DNA of 64,000 nucleotides from Tubulanus polymorphus (taxonomy: Eukaryota; Animalia; Nemertea), in contig NC_134033.1 of the NCBI RefSeq assembly GCF_964204645.1, positions 9,308,655 to 9,372,654 of the forward strand. Direction: 5' to 3'. A program made the translations under genes and the position numbers. The first letter of the stretch is position 1; every line of letters starts with the position of its first letter. This document shows, one piece after another, positions 14,601-27,500 of the stretch. Under the pieces are notes generated by a model. The model made no database searches and had not been told where the DNA came from. It saw only the letters and a list, made by a program, of their open reading frames with translations.

Positions 14601-17600
14601 GACCTGTGAACTTTAATAAGTTTCTATCAGGTTCGAATCCCAAAAAAAGATTTACCATAAGGCTTGAAGTGTCGCCGGTTAAAATTTGTTTACCACGTAA
14701 AAAGGTTCTTATCTCAAATATGAAATAATAAACTTTGAAAGCCCCAGAATCTTTTTTATGTGCTATTTGGTTTGTATCCAAAATTGTGCAGTAGTAAAAT
14801 AGATAAGGATATATTCATATAACGAAATATATCTCCAATGTTTTGCTTACTGTGGGATTGCATAACCTGTAATCCCCAAAAATACAAAGGATCCTCTTAA
14901 GCAATTATTGACAAAAAAAGAAGAATGCCTGATCAAGGTCCGCAGTTTTCAGCTAAAACGAGTCAAATCAATACTCACATCAACGAATAATTGTTGGGAT
15001 TAGAACCCCTGCGTCACTTATGAAATGAACCAGCAATACTGGTCATAAGATTTGAAATAAGGATCAATATTTGTGGGATTCAGCCCTAATAGAAACTACA
15101 GCGACGCTCCGGCTAGAGTCATCATAGTTCACACGTCAGAGCGCCTGCGCACAACAAAATTAGTTCCGACCGACTGACACGCCATCTGGCGACATAATAG
15201 GTTTAATAGGGTTAAAACGAATTAGACAGTTATTCTAATTGACAAAGCTATTGACATTTTGATATGCTCACCATTAACACATTACTAGGCTTTGCTAGGG
15301 AGAACAATTTTCGGGTTAACGATGACGGTCATAAAATTTCATACGATACAAATTCTGCAAATCTGATAGCAAAAAAAAATGAGTCTACACATATTTTTTC
15401 AGTGGAAAAGAATGAATTTCTATAATAAAAATAGAGAAATACTTTGGGTAAAGTCACCTCAAATCAAAACCCAAAACTACAATCGCGAACCACACGGGTA
15501 TGAACGTTACGTTTAATGTGTTAACATAGGTCAATAACCATCCGCTTGCCGGTTGAAGCGGGTTGGAAGATTGTTAACACGAATGGGATCCGAAATTTCC
15601 AATAGTGATATAGTCCAAAACAAAGCGTTCTGTATATTCGAGTACTGAATAAACTGTACCATGCCTCTATTCGATTTACGATTTCAAAATTAAACCCCCT
15701 GATTCGCTCCGAACAGGTGTGGGGAGTATGTCAGGAACACCTAAGACAATTCAAAACCACCAATTGAGTAAATAAAAGAGACAACCCCTAATGTAAAGAT
15801 AAACAAGGAGCACATCGGCTTATAAAGCTCCGCCTTGTGATTTGAAGAAATAGAAGCTGCATACCTAGGGGTGCCCCCTTGTGGCCAAATCCAAAAAGGG
15901 CTCTGTACTTTGTAGGTATTGGTCCATAGAACATTCATACCAAATTTGGACTTGATCTGATTAAAACTGTAGGACTAATAGAAATAGAAACACCATCTCC
16001 AGGGGCGGCCCTGGAAGACGAATCAAAAAATTGCTCTGGTACATAGGCTGGTCCATTGAACATTCATACCAAATTTGGAATTGATCGGATTAAAACTGTA
16101 GGACTAGTAGCGATTTGAATAAATAGAAACTCCACCCCCAAGGGCACCCCCTGGGGGAAGAATCCAAGAAATGGCCATACAACTTTATAGGCCTTAGTCC
16201 ATAGAACATTCATACTAAATTTGGAATTGATCTGATGAAAACTGTAGGACAAGTAGCGATTTGAAGAAATAGAAATTCCACCCCAGGGATGGGCCCCTGG
16301 GGGACGAATAAAAAATGGCTCTATAACTTTATAGGCCTTTGTCCATAGAACATTCATACTAAATTTGGAATTGATCTGATTAAAACTGTGTAGGACTAGT
16401 AGCGAATTGAAGCAAAAGTTGACGGACGGACGGACAGACGGACAGATAGACGACGACGGATAATCCCCCTAACCCTTCGGTCACAACGGAGCTAACAATT
16501 GGCATTGAAAATATCCAATCGATACGAACAAGGGAGTATTCCAAATTATGCAAAGCTGAAAGATGAAACTTACTCCGGACACTAGTTCTCCGATGAGACC
16601 AGTCCATGATCCATCTGGCCGTCTGGCTCCGAACTGACCATCGTTAGGTTCATAAATATCGTAATCAAACTGTAACCTATTACTGAGCTCTTTCAGTACA
16701 TCCATACTGTATCCGTCCCACCACACTGTACCATTTGGTTCAACATGCTTGTAAACGAATGGTTCCTCCTAAAAAGTGAGGCGAAGTTAACATCGAATCA
16801 AATCATTGTCTGTGTCGTATTCATATCAAAAACCAGTCAATAATTTAAGCCTTTGATTGCATTCTATATGCTAGCGTTGGATTATTCTGTAAACTAGGGA
16901 TGAATGCCCACTTGGTGAAATACTCGATTATGTGGCGATATACTCTACGCCCCATTGTGAGCCAATTCAGTAATCATTGATATTGAAACTCGGCTCGATC
17001 ATTGCAATCAGCTATTTTGCAATTGATTGCGGTTATAAAACAAAATTATTAGGCTACTAGGCCAATACTGTTACATTGATGGGTGGAAAATTTTGTCTGG
17101 GGGAAAACGACACCAAACATTCATGATTTTACCGGTATCGTGTAAACTCTAAGTCTGGCTTTATTCCTGTACTCAAACAACTGTGATCCTGTCGTAAGCA
17201 ACGGTCCGGTTTTCATGTTCCAGGTTCCTATCTACAACCGTAAAGATGTCACTTTGAAAGTTATTCAACATACGTATAATACAGACTGGAGGATTTGTTG
17301 CGCTTACATATTGAATCATGTCCTCCGATTTTGTTACGATTTAATATAAAACTGTATTTAACATGCAACAACATCGTAGAATCTTTTGTTGGCATTATGA
17401 AGATGTGATAATTTTCATTATATCAATTGACGATGCAAGTTTACCGAAGTTATCTAGTTTAGTTTCATTTTAGAGCGTTTCGTATCGTAGGGAACCTCCA
17501 ATTGTTGTCACAAGCTGGGGAAAACCATAAATATTACAAAATTAATTTATGCACCGGGTTGTTATTAGAGTTGCTATGTATTCACGATCCGTTTGTTCTT

Positions 17601-20600
17601 AATTTACCTTTTTTGTGGTTTGTTTTTGATCCCGGATCTGTTCTTAATTTACCTTTTTCGTGGTCTTGTTTTTGATCCCGAAGTCAACTCTATCCACCTG
17701 AAGCTCAGCAAATTGGTTATTTACTGTTCCCAGGAAATCAACCTTTCCGAGTATTCCGTCAAATGTAGAGGTCTGAAAAGAGGTAAATGTATTGATACCG
17801 GGTTCATGATTCGAGAAATCATAACTATCAGCTTAGAGGCGTCAAATACGCATTTCTTCACCCTACCGGATTTTTTATGACGGTTTTAAATGCATTAAAT
17901 CTTTCAGATGATTGATAATGATTCACGGTTCGACAATTCAAACTGTAAACATTATCGTTCCATTGAGCCAATCCCTTCATTTCATCGATCCCTCTGCTGA
18001 TCACTCCTATTGCGTGAAATGCGTAGATTATATCTAACTGTAACAGGTAAATTGAATAAAAAAACATACTAGCTGCAAGCAGTGATAATGGGTTTTCTTA
18101 GTAGCCATGCTATCCGCAATGAGGGAAATTAAAAAAAAATTACTATTCGGAATTGGAGCATGATGTCGCATCATGTTTCATCGGCGATAACAATAGGCCA
18201 TAACAATGAAACTCAAGCCGGTTTTGATACGGATTACCAAACTGGCGGCTGTTTGAATCGCCGATATTAGATGCAAGATGGCGGGACCGGAGGAGCAATT
18301 TATTTCGGAATATGTTTTCTGCGATTCAGTTGACACTCAAGGTGCTCGAGAAAATATGTAGTTATCTCGGGACAATCGCGACGAATACAATCGGGTTTTA
18401 ATTATTTCACGTTTTACTCGATCAATACTAATTCAATACATCGCCTGATTGTCTACCTTGCATTATAGACAATGGGATACTTGCCTTAACATCACCATTA
18501 GTCAAATTCTGCAAATTGTTGTATATTGGCCAATCAGCGATTACTGGGTGTACATGCACTACGCTGCCGTAATGACAAGATGAACACGTTATCGGTTGGA
18601 GATCACGTGACGCCATGAACCAGTGGTACAAGGATGTCATCATATTTAAAGACCATGCCTATCCAAAAGTAAGAAATGCAATGTTTGTTCAGATTCGCGC
18701 GCAGACAAGGTCGTAGATATGTGAACGAGCGCAGGTATTCTTCATACATATACCTCGGATAATACTTGGTCAATGACTGGAGCCTCGGCCAGGATTAGAA
18801 AGTTGCTCGACGTTGTCTGGTTTACGACAGAGCTCAATAGATCGCGAATTCTAGATCTTTCGGATGGAATACGAAATATGATGCTTTCAATGATTCGTTC
18901 ATTTGATTCATTCGGGATCAGGATTCCTGTTTCTAGAAAATAAAGGAAAGATATTGCTTCATGCAATAAACATGTATTTCTATAGATTCATCCATCAAAA
19001 TCAGTTTATTATACAATTTTTAATAGCGAAACTAGGGGTCCAGGGACACCATGCCCACTTGGAAGTAGTTTCCAATGCTCAACTATCTAACAATTTCAAT
19101 ATTCAATGCCCCTATCCAATGACCTTGAAAAAATTCAATGACCTTGAAACTCACCACAATCATAGAACATGTCAGCAGCTACGATTTTGAAATTGATTGT
19201 GGTAACAAAATATGCCAAGTTACCACTATAACATGCAAATACTGCAAGTTAATCTACTATACAATGCCCCCAAGTGACCATATGCAAAGCCCAATGACTT
19301 TGAAACTAACCATTATCATGAGCTACAACTTTTTAATTGATCATGGTGACAAAATATGCCAAGGCGACAATATGATAAGGGAATACTATGTTATTGTATT
19401 GTTCAACGCCCCCTGGTGGTCATATAAAAAACCAATGACCTTGAAACCCACCACAATCATAGAAAATGTCATGAGCTACAACTTTTCAATTGATTGTGGT
19501 AACAAAATATGCATTAGGTACAAGTATAGTATAGCAATACTTAGTTATTGCATTGTTTATTGCCGCCTGGTGGCCATATTCAAAAACTAATGACCTTGAA
19601 ACTCACCACAATCATAGAACACGTTATGAGCTACAACTTTCTAATTGATTGTGGTAACAAAATATGCTGTGTATCAAAATAATGTGGAAATACTTTTTTC
19701 CACCTACGAATGAGTACTGATGATACCAAGATGGCCGCCAATTGCGTCATAATTCGCTGACCAAAATTACCTGTCTCAGGTATAAAAAATCCCTTTACAA
19801 AGAATACCCATCACAAATTGCAATATAAAATGGCGAACCATTAGGAAGTTACAGGACTCAAAAGTCAGGCCAAAATTGATATTTTTGGGCATAAAATTTT
19901 CCTCATACTGATGAGCCTTCAGGGGATACAAATATATCTGAAAGATCAGGGTAAATGCTAAAAACGTCTTCAAAATTTCCCTAGAAAACTAAAATGTGTA
20001 AAAAATGCTGAATTTGGCGAACAACAGTGGCTGCCAGTCGGCCATCTTGAATATGAGAGGGCCAATCTTTGGGCTGAGATGCGTCTAGGGTAGATGCATG
20101 TATAAACGGACGAACGAAATGTGAACGCAATAGCCCGCTGGGACTAAAGTCCCAAGTAAGTTAAAAACACTAGTGATTGCCTGTAAGTACCAGGGGTATT
20201 TTAAAGAGGACCTCTTACAAATGGCAAGTAGATTGGAGATTTTGGCAGATAGGCATACCAGAATGTTTGTGTCGAACGCTTTTATGGAGTTGAGTAATGC
20301 CAGAAAAACTGACCCATTAGGATCATGATAGACACTCTCATCAACAGCACAGCTAGACTAACCAACTGAACCAGAGCTAAAGTAATTTCTTCCATCCGTC
20401 CGCAGCACCACTTAGTGAGATGGGTATGATATTAGCACCATCTGTGTTCTTAGCTCTCCTATGGTGGATGGATAGATAACAGAGAACAACATTGATGCTG
20501 GCCACCAGACCACAGCTCCAACCACCCTACCACTACCACATGAAATAGACAGGCCCTGATAAATCAAACTGAAAAAGTGTGACCGAAGAAAAATCCACAC

Positions 20601-22688
20601 GAACACTTTTCAAAACGAGTATGTTCATTGTTCACTTTGCAGTACCCACTATGACGTTTATATGGGCGTTTATTTAATGGAATGCTGTCTCATATCTACG
20701 CCAACCCTCTGTTTCAATGATCCTTAACACTGTTTGCTTTTACAACCGATCACCGAAATGACACTCGACTGTTTCAGAGACAAGTTCTATTAACCCCCGT
20801 TTGTAAGAAACCTCATTTGCCCAAATTTACTCTCTCATCCTCCGGGGTATTAGATGGTCATTCAGGGGGTTCCATTTCATCGAAAGAAAATGACACCTTG
20901 ACGGCTAGACTAAGTAAAATGTCACTGAAGACGACTGATGCCCCAGATCAGGTGAAAAGCCTGAGTGTAAAATACATCCCGAGCGTATGCTGACCTAATT
21001 ATGAAGGCAGGTAATGAAAAATACAAAACGGCTTCCGGTGACCTTGACCTTTGACCTACAGGACTCGAAATCTAATCACTCACTCACGGTCTCTAGGGTA
21101 ACCCATCCATAGATTTTCCATCAGTTTTCTTTTACCGTTCATGAATTAAGAGCCCAGAAACTAAAAGTACAAAACAGCTCCGGGTGACCTTGACCTTTGA
21201 CCTACAGGACCCGAAATGTAATCAGTTTCTCACAGTCACCCATCCAAAAAATGTACCCAAACATTCTCTTAAACCGTCTTTATACAGTTATTTTAAACCG
21301 TTTTTGGGTGAGAATCAGGAAATGAAATTCACAAAATGGCTTCCCGTGACCTTGACCTTAGACCTACAGGACTCGAAAGGTAACCAGTTACCCACGGTCC
21401 ATTGGACAACCTATCCATAGAATTTCAGTAAGTTATCTTATACCGTTTATGAGTTAGAGCCCGGAAATGAAATTTACAAAATGGCTTCCTTGACCTTAAC
21501 CTTAGACCTACAGGACCCGAAATCTAATCAGTTACTAACCTCATATATTACAACACAACTGCCGAATTTGAAGAACATCTGTTCAATGGTGCTAGGGCAC
21601 GGAAACCACTACGGAAAGACGGACGGACAGGCGAATATAATAGCTCCAAACTCGCCACTGATTTTACTACCAACGGATGATCTCAAACAACTGGACAATT
21701 TCCAAAAAAAAATCATGTTTTCTTTTCTAAAAATAAACACCTGGATGCCCGGTAATTTCAAGGGAATTATCAAATGAGAAACTGTATCATTATTTGTCTC
21801 TCTGAAGAATAAGTTACGAATTTGCGTGGAATCGAGACTGTAGACGCCCACGACATACACTTAATGTATCTAACTAACGTGGTCCATAAACGAAATCACA
21901 TGCCGGTACATAGAACCGAAGAGTAAAACTACCGTTCGGAAATATACCAATCGGAAATGACGTAGATCATGCAAGAAAAGCTATTCTTACGGTGTATACA
22001 TGGCGGAACCAATGGCAATCAATTTCATGCAGGTAATAGTAGGCCTAGGCAGAAAACAATAACTTGACAAACGGAGGTGTCACTGCATCTGTTTCAGTAA
22101 CTGATTCTGTAATTCTTACCGAACGATTTATCGTGAAGTACAACCATTGTATCCCTGGTTCCATTCAGAGTGAAGAAAATGTTCGTAGTTGCCTTCATAA
22201 GAACGCCATAAGGATGATGAACTGAAACAACTGGCTGAGAGCATTGGTCCGGACCAGTAGATACGAAAGGTAAATCAAAATGATGCGCGAGGTCCGAAAA
22301 AATACAGTTTGCATTCGTTCCAGTTACGTCGAGTATAGCAGACCAATTCTGAGTTGCATGGCCACAAGCTAGGAAGAAAAGGATTAAATAATTTAATTTC
22401 AAAATTCACCAAATATGAGGGAGAGGACAGAGAAGTTTTAGCTAATATAGTGCTGATCTTCACCCAAAATAGCCTACTATACCAAAATCCGCATAATTTA
22501 ACCACAGAATACCGTTATCAAGTATAACATACCATAATCAACTACTTGCAAAGAATTCGTAAGGTTTGTTTCAACGATGTCCGCCTCCAATGAAATTTCC
22601 GGGAGAATCGCAGTATTACTGTTGATGTCCTGAATGGCCAGGTTTACAGCATTAATAACATCACTTCTATTTATTGGTGCAATGACCA
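11677..22688 (-). CDS. Gene B: ionotropic receptor, IR25a-like co-receptor (multi-exon, first exon unresolved)
   Basis: Exons approx. 22533-22688, 22120-22368, 18754-18932, 18485-18658, 17867-18037, 17653-17772, 17133-17231, 16574-16768, 13557-13890, 12468-13041, 11948-12167, 11677-11868. Motifs EEPF, GYSMDVL, VTSEREEVVDFSIPYY, FDKFSPFSYQN, MYTANLAAF, FSSKPYGIA, and the IR25a-type S2 insert MAEIESNFYDMWKEISL...AVWEYPLGEKYTDIW. Confidence 0.85.
14230..14366 (-). repeat. tRNA-derived SINE remnant
   Basis: Minus strand shows an A-box-like TAGCTCAGTGAG and B-box-like GATTCGAGTCC; no complete cloverleaf. Confidence 0.4.
15802..16497 (+). mobile_element. Non-autonomous Helentron/DINE-like element with ~144-bp tandem core repeats
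   Basis: Four copies of GTCCATAGAACATTCATAC(T/C)AAATTTGGAATTGATC at ~15922, 16051, 16197, 16341, then a (GACG/GACA)n microsatellite and a short 3' end. Confidence 0.65.
19030..20166 (+). mobile_element. Non-autonomous Helentron/DINE-like element, family 2, copy 1
   Basis: Starts AACTAGGGGTCCAGGGACACCATGCCC. ~150-bp tandem units (AATGACCTTGAAACTCACCACAATCATAG), terminal hairpin TGGGACT-AA-AGTCCCA. Second copy at 32577-33583. Confidence 0.75.
20910..21650 (+). mobile_element. Non-autonomous Helentron/DINE-like element, family 3
   Basis: Four ~150-bp units with GTGACCTTGACCTTTGACCTACAGGAC, followed by GACGGACGGACAG. Confidence 0.65.
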
Positions 22689-24539
22689 CTGTATCCAATA
22701 GAAAGTAGAAATTTTACGTGCCTAGTGACCAATGAAAATAATCTCTAAATTATGCATCTCACTTGAAAAGTCTAGACCAGATGCGTCACGACGAAAATGT
22801 ATCTTTCAACTCGACATTTATAATTTCCTACTCATACAATGTTTTTTCCACAGCCCAATAAGAATACAATGACCTGGAGACTAAGGTCTGCATGACCATG
22901 GATGAGTAAAGTATAAAAGGCTTCTCTTTACTCGGTACCGGTAAAGTCAATAAACCTCTCAATTCGGTAGGTTTCGCCAACCTCTATATGATTAATCACC
23001 CGGTAATCCTTCGATGATTCAAATACCTGCGTATCATTTATTGCTGAAAGCACGCTGGTCGGTTCTGTTAACATTTTACTTTGTTTTGTTTTTCAGATTT
23101 TCGTGTCAAGTCGTCAAACGGATGTACATAACCCGTCGTCTAGACGTAGTTTTTAATCAACTTGATTAAAGCATAGTATATACAGCTATCGTAGGCTACT
23201 TGAGCCTCTAATAAAGCCGAACGTCAGATTCTTTATCAAATGATTCGAGACTTACATATTTTCACACATATCATAAGGATACATACTTAATGAGTACAAC
23301 CGTATTGGAACTGTAAGTCCCTCGTGGTCATGGGATTTACGCGTATCATAAAAACACAGTTCTTGTTCTACACAGGTTGGTATTTGATTAGTTTTGCTTA
23401 AACAGACCTTCGTCTCTAGGAGCGACTGTAATTGGTTTTGCCCTTCACACTGTATTTATCTCGCCTTAAAAAGGTTATGTAAACAAATTTTTACAACTAT
23501 TTGTATAAATCAGTGTTATAATCAAAAAAAATCTGACTTCCACCATATTTGCAAGATATAATATATCCACCAGTGGAATACTTTTTATAATTTTGCGATA
23601 AGCTTTTGTATCTTAACCATAGTTTCAGTCTGTTACTTTCAACTTTGAGGCAAACTGAGGTTGTGTTCAATTGTTTGACCTCACAAAATGACCTGCACAC
23701 GATAGTTTATACTATGGAACCAGCTATCAAAAATAAATCTGACAATAGAAGATTTACTTACAATACGTCGAATTTTTTCCTGCAATCATAGCTTGCGGAA
23801 GTAATAAAACAATCAGACAAACCAACAGCCTGGGAACAATCACCATTTCTTAGCAGTTATGATATCTAATCCTGAAATTTCGATGGTTCTTTCAACGTTT
23901 CGTCCAATTTTTCCTCACAATACCAATAAACTTTAAAATCCAAGCAGACAATAATGATCGATTACATGATACGCCACTGATTCTTTTTTTCAAATTAATA
24001 TCGCTGTTTTTATCATGAATATCAAATTCAAACGGACCCGGTTTAAGTTATTTTACCCACAATCTTCTTACCATTGCTTTAAAACCGTATCCACCCTACT
24101 CCATTCACGCTGCAGGATTGCTCGCGTAATGTTGTTCACAATCCGGTACATTAACATTTTTGCACAATGAATACATTTTCATATTTTCATCTGGCTACCT
24201 GTAGTTAGTCCTCGTTCAATAGCAAATAAAACCCAACATCCATTAAACGGCATACGCCATTCAATAAAACAGGTGAATCGACGATGCAGGAAACAAAGCT
24301 CAGTGTAAATAAAGCGTGAATTATTAACGAACGATTTATTCCACAGAGAGGTCGAAACGGTGGGACTGTTTACGTTAAAATGTATCCTAACGTGGAGTTC
24401 ATAAAAATCAAAGAAAAAACATGTGAAAAGCTTCCACGCATTTTTGCATAAACAATGAAACAAAACGGAACTTTTTGACATTCAAACATCTATTTTACTC
24501 CAGAGAATATTCCAGTAAATTAGTACATGTATAAATGAT

Positions 24540-27500
24540 TTATATGAGAGCGAGGTTATTACTTCTGGTGCGCTCTGAATCGATGACAGAAGATGGGTTT
24601 GGGCTAATTCCATTTGTTGTTCCTGCCTCGTTTGAAGATATTGTTGTCACAACACCGACTGTTGTCAGACTGCGCCGTTTGTAATATATTTCAAAACAAA
24701 GCAGCGCCAATGCAAAACCGGATGCACCAAGAAAAAGAATGAAAGCGCCACCTACACTATCTAAGTCTAACGCCGTCATACCAGAGGTGACTTCATCGAC
24801 GGTACAAACAGAGTCGGAGACTTCCCACCAAATTCTCTTCCAGCGGTTCATCATCCCACTTTCCTGCATCTGAATTATACTGAAATGAAACAAAAACCGT
24901 CTTGATCTTGTTTTAGAAACATCTATATCATGTTCTAAGCAGGTATAGCACTGTTGTCAGGGTAGAGTTCAATTGAAGAGATCTAACGCCACAGGGTATC
25001 AAAAGTACTATTATTCGATTATATTTAGTGAAGAAATTTGGGGAGCGTCCCGGGGACATCATTTTGGAATAATGAAAAATGAATTCATGTCGAGATTATA
25101 ACTCCACAGAAAATCAGGAGAACCTGTGATCAATCGTAAATGAAATTATGTTGAGATAATGACTAGACATAAAATCGGGAAAACTTTTTATCAATCGTAA
25201 ATGAACTTATCATAAAATCTTTTATTAATATTATTTATGTAATATTTAGGAAATCGTGATTTTCCCTTTTTGGGTTTTTTTTGACAATAGTAAACTTTTT
25301 CTGAGTTCATTCAGATTTCTCACGCACAGTATAGCTACGCAAATTACTTTAGCTACGATGAAGCGTCTGAAGCAAGTTTCATACATTACATATAACAGCT
25401 TGACTGGTTGCTAACATTTATCGTCGACAATATTGAGCAATATTACAACAGGGTGTACTGATTGGACTGAGACTCACAGTTCGGAAACTGCAACGACATA
25501 TGGTGCATCCTGAGGCATCACGAATCCTAACCCAGCCGTGTTAAACACCTCAGTTCCAAGCACATATTTCTCACAATTAGTGTTAACTATATATTCTAAC
25601 TGCGTCATATCTGTGAGGAATGCATATTTCCCGGTGTTGTACACGAGATCTAAAGCATCTTGGACTTCTGTAACTTCAGGCATGTCAGCCATCATTCCCC
25701 AAATATTTTGGTAAACGCCAGATTTGGCATCCTGTAGAAATTCAAAATCACATCAGATCATATTCCACTAGCGCCTACAGAAAACATGGCTAAAAATCTT
25801 TTATTACTTGTTATGTTATACATATGTTTAATGTTGTTGGTTCAGATACGATACGTAATTTTAAATAAAGGATATAGCTGTAATTCAAAGCATGCGATGG
25901 AAAATACAGAACATATGAAGATTACATCAAATAAAGAATTTGTTTTGCAGCCGTCTTTTCTGTAATTCCAAGCGAACACATCTAGCATCTTAAAGATCAA
26001 GTAGGTTAACTGAAAACGGTTGATATGCTGCTCAACATGAAATACATATTAAAGGTATAAAATGCAGTAGGGAAAGTTCTTGATGAGGACCTACAACAGT
26101 GGCAATCGAGGATTCTACATCTGGTAAGTGAAGGTGCAGAGTAGTTCGGCGATAATTTTTTTCTAATCTTCAAAATGGACCATGGTCTTAGGTAAATCAA
26201 TTATCAGTGAAAACTGCACCGAGTAGAAATAATAAATCTCTACATGGGCGAAAGTATGTCTTCTATACTTTTTTATTTGAAATTTGTTCCATTTTTCTCA
26301 CATAGTAAGCTGAAGGGTGTATAGAGGATAGATACTTAGAGAGTACTTAATTACTGATTTAGTGTGAGAGTTTACACACCTAACGATGATCTCTAGCGAA
26401 AACCCGAAACGTCGTGTCTTTTGATTTTAATTTTTGATACATAATTCGTTTTAAGTCCTTTTACTTTGTATACTGTGGGTTTTAGCTTATTGCTTATATC
26501 CTTGAATTTAGCAATTAATGATATTCATTGTTTGATTGACAAAGCACGGTACTCGAGTTGGATAATCTATCTCCACCTGTATCGATCATATTTATACTTA
26601 CTGTTCATCTGATTATAATTTGACATCTGGAATCTCTAATCAAAGCGTTACTGACAGCATTTACCCCGTATATGTCCCGACTTAATAAATTGTCATCACC
26701 AAAAATTATCAAACATCGCAATTGACTGATTCTGCTTGTATCGTTTAAGTGTAAATTGATAACCCATGACTGGAGGAGCAGTGTGTATTATCAGAATGAC
26801 AACGACTTAGCATACTCAATACTTAGGAAAGATATAATGATTACTACCGTCAGTCTTCTCATTTGATTGATACTGAGTAGAAAATCCCCATGGGTTTAAA
26901 AAAAAGATCACCAGATTATCTACAGAAAAATTGAAGTGCCTTCAAATCTCAAGTTTATAATGATAGCTTTAGTAGTTAAAAAATGTATACGACATATACG
27001 TGAAAATGCCAAGGGATTGCATTATAAAACGTTATCAAACAATGCAAAGAACCCTAGCAACAGCAGGCGCTGCGCAATATTGAATCATTTTTTTATCGTA
27101 ACCAGGCACCGTCATTTCCTCTATAGTGCAAAAGTTTTAAACTTTTTAAGTTCTAAAGGTTTTGTTAGCATTATCATATGTAACTGAAAATCCACGCAGA
27201 TGAAAATTTATAGCCCTAATTCAGTCATCATCTAAAAACCATCTAAATACATGGCTTTCAGATGAAGTATACGCGATGAAAAATTCCTTCAAGTTTAGAC
27301 TTTCAAATCCATGATATCTCAGTAAACGATACATCATTATGGCTTAACGTTAATTTACAATGCTGATAATCATACGATGTATCCATGTATTACACTGTCT
27401 AAGTTAACGCCAATAATATTCTAACGCTACCTGATCTTTAAGAAGATGTCACCTTGTTGTATACTTACTTCAAACAATGAGTAAAGACTTGTGCCTGCTT

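Noticed and set aside
14545-14650. GGTTCGAATCCC suggesting a tRNA gene (also ~55-70 and ~36985)
   Set aside because: No complete cloverleaf can be folded; better explained as SINE remnants.
19138-19590. Repetitive ORFs MTLKLTTIIE... (also 32826-33131, 21184-21777, 15741-16357)
   Set aside because: Translations of non-coding tandem repeats inside non-autonomous elements.
15802-21650. Regularly spaced repeats resembling CRISPR arrays
   Set aside because: The units are ~145-160-bp tandem repeats with homologous, non-unique spacers. The context is eukaryotic and there are no cas genes.
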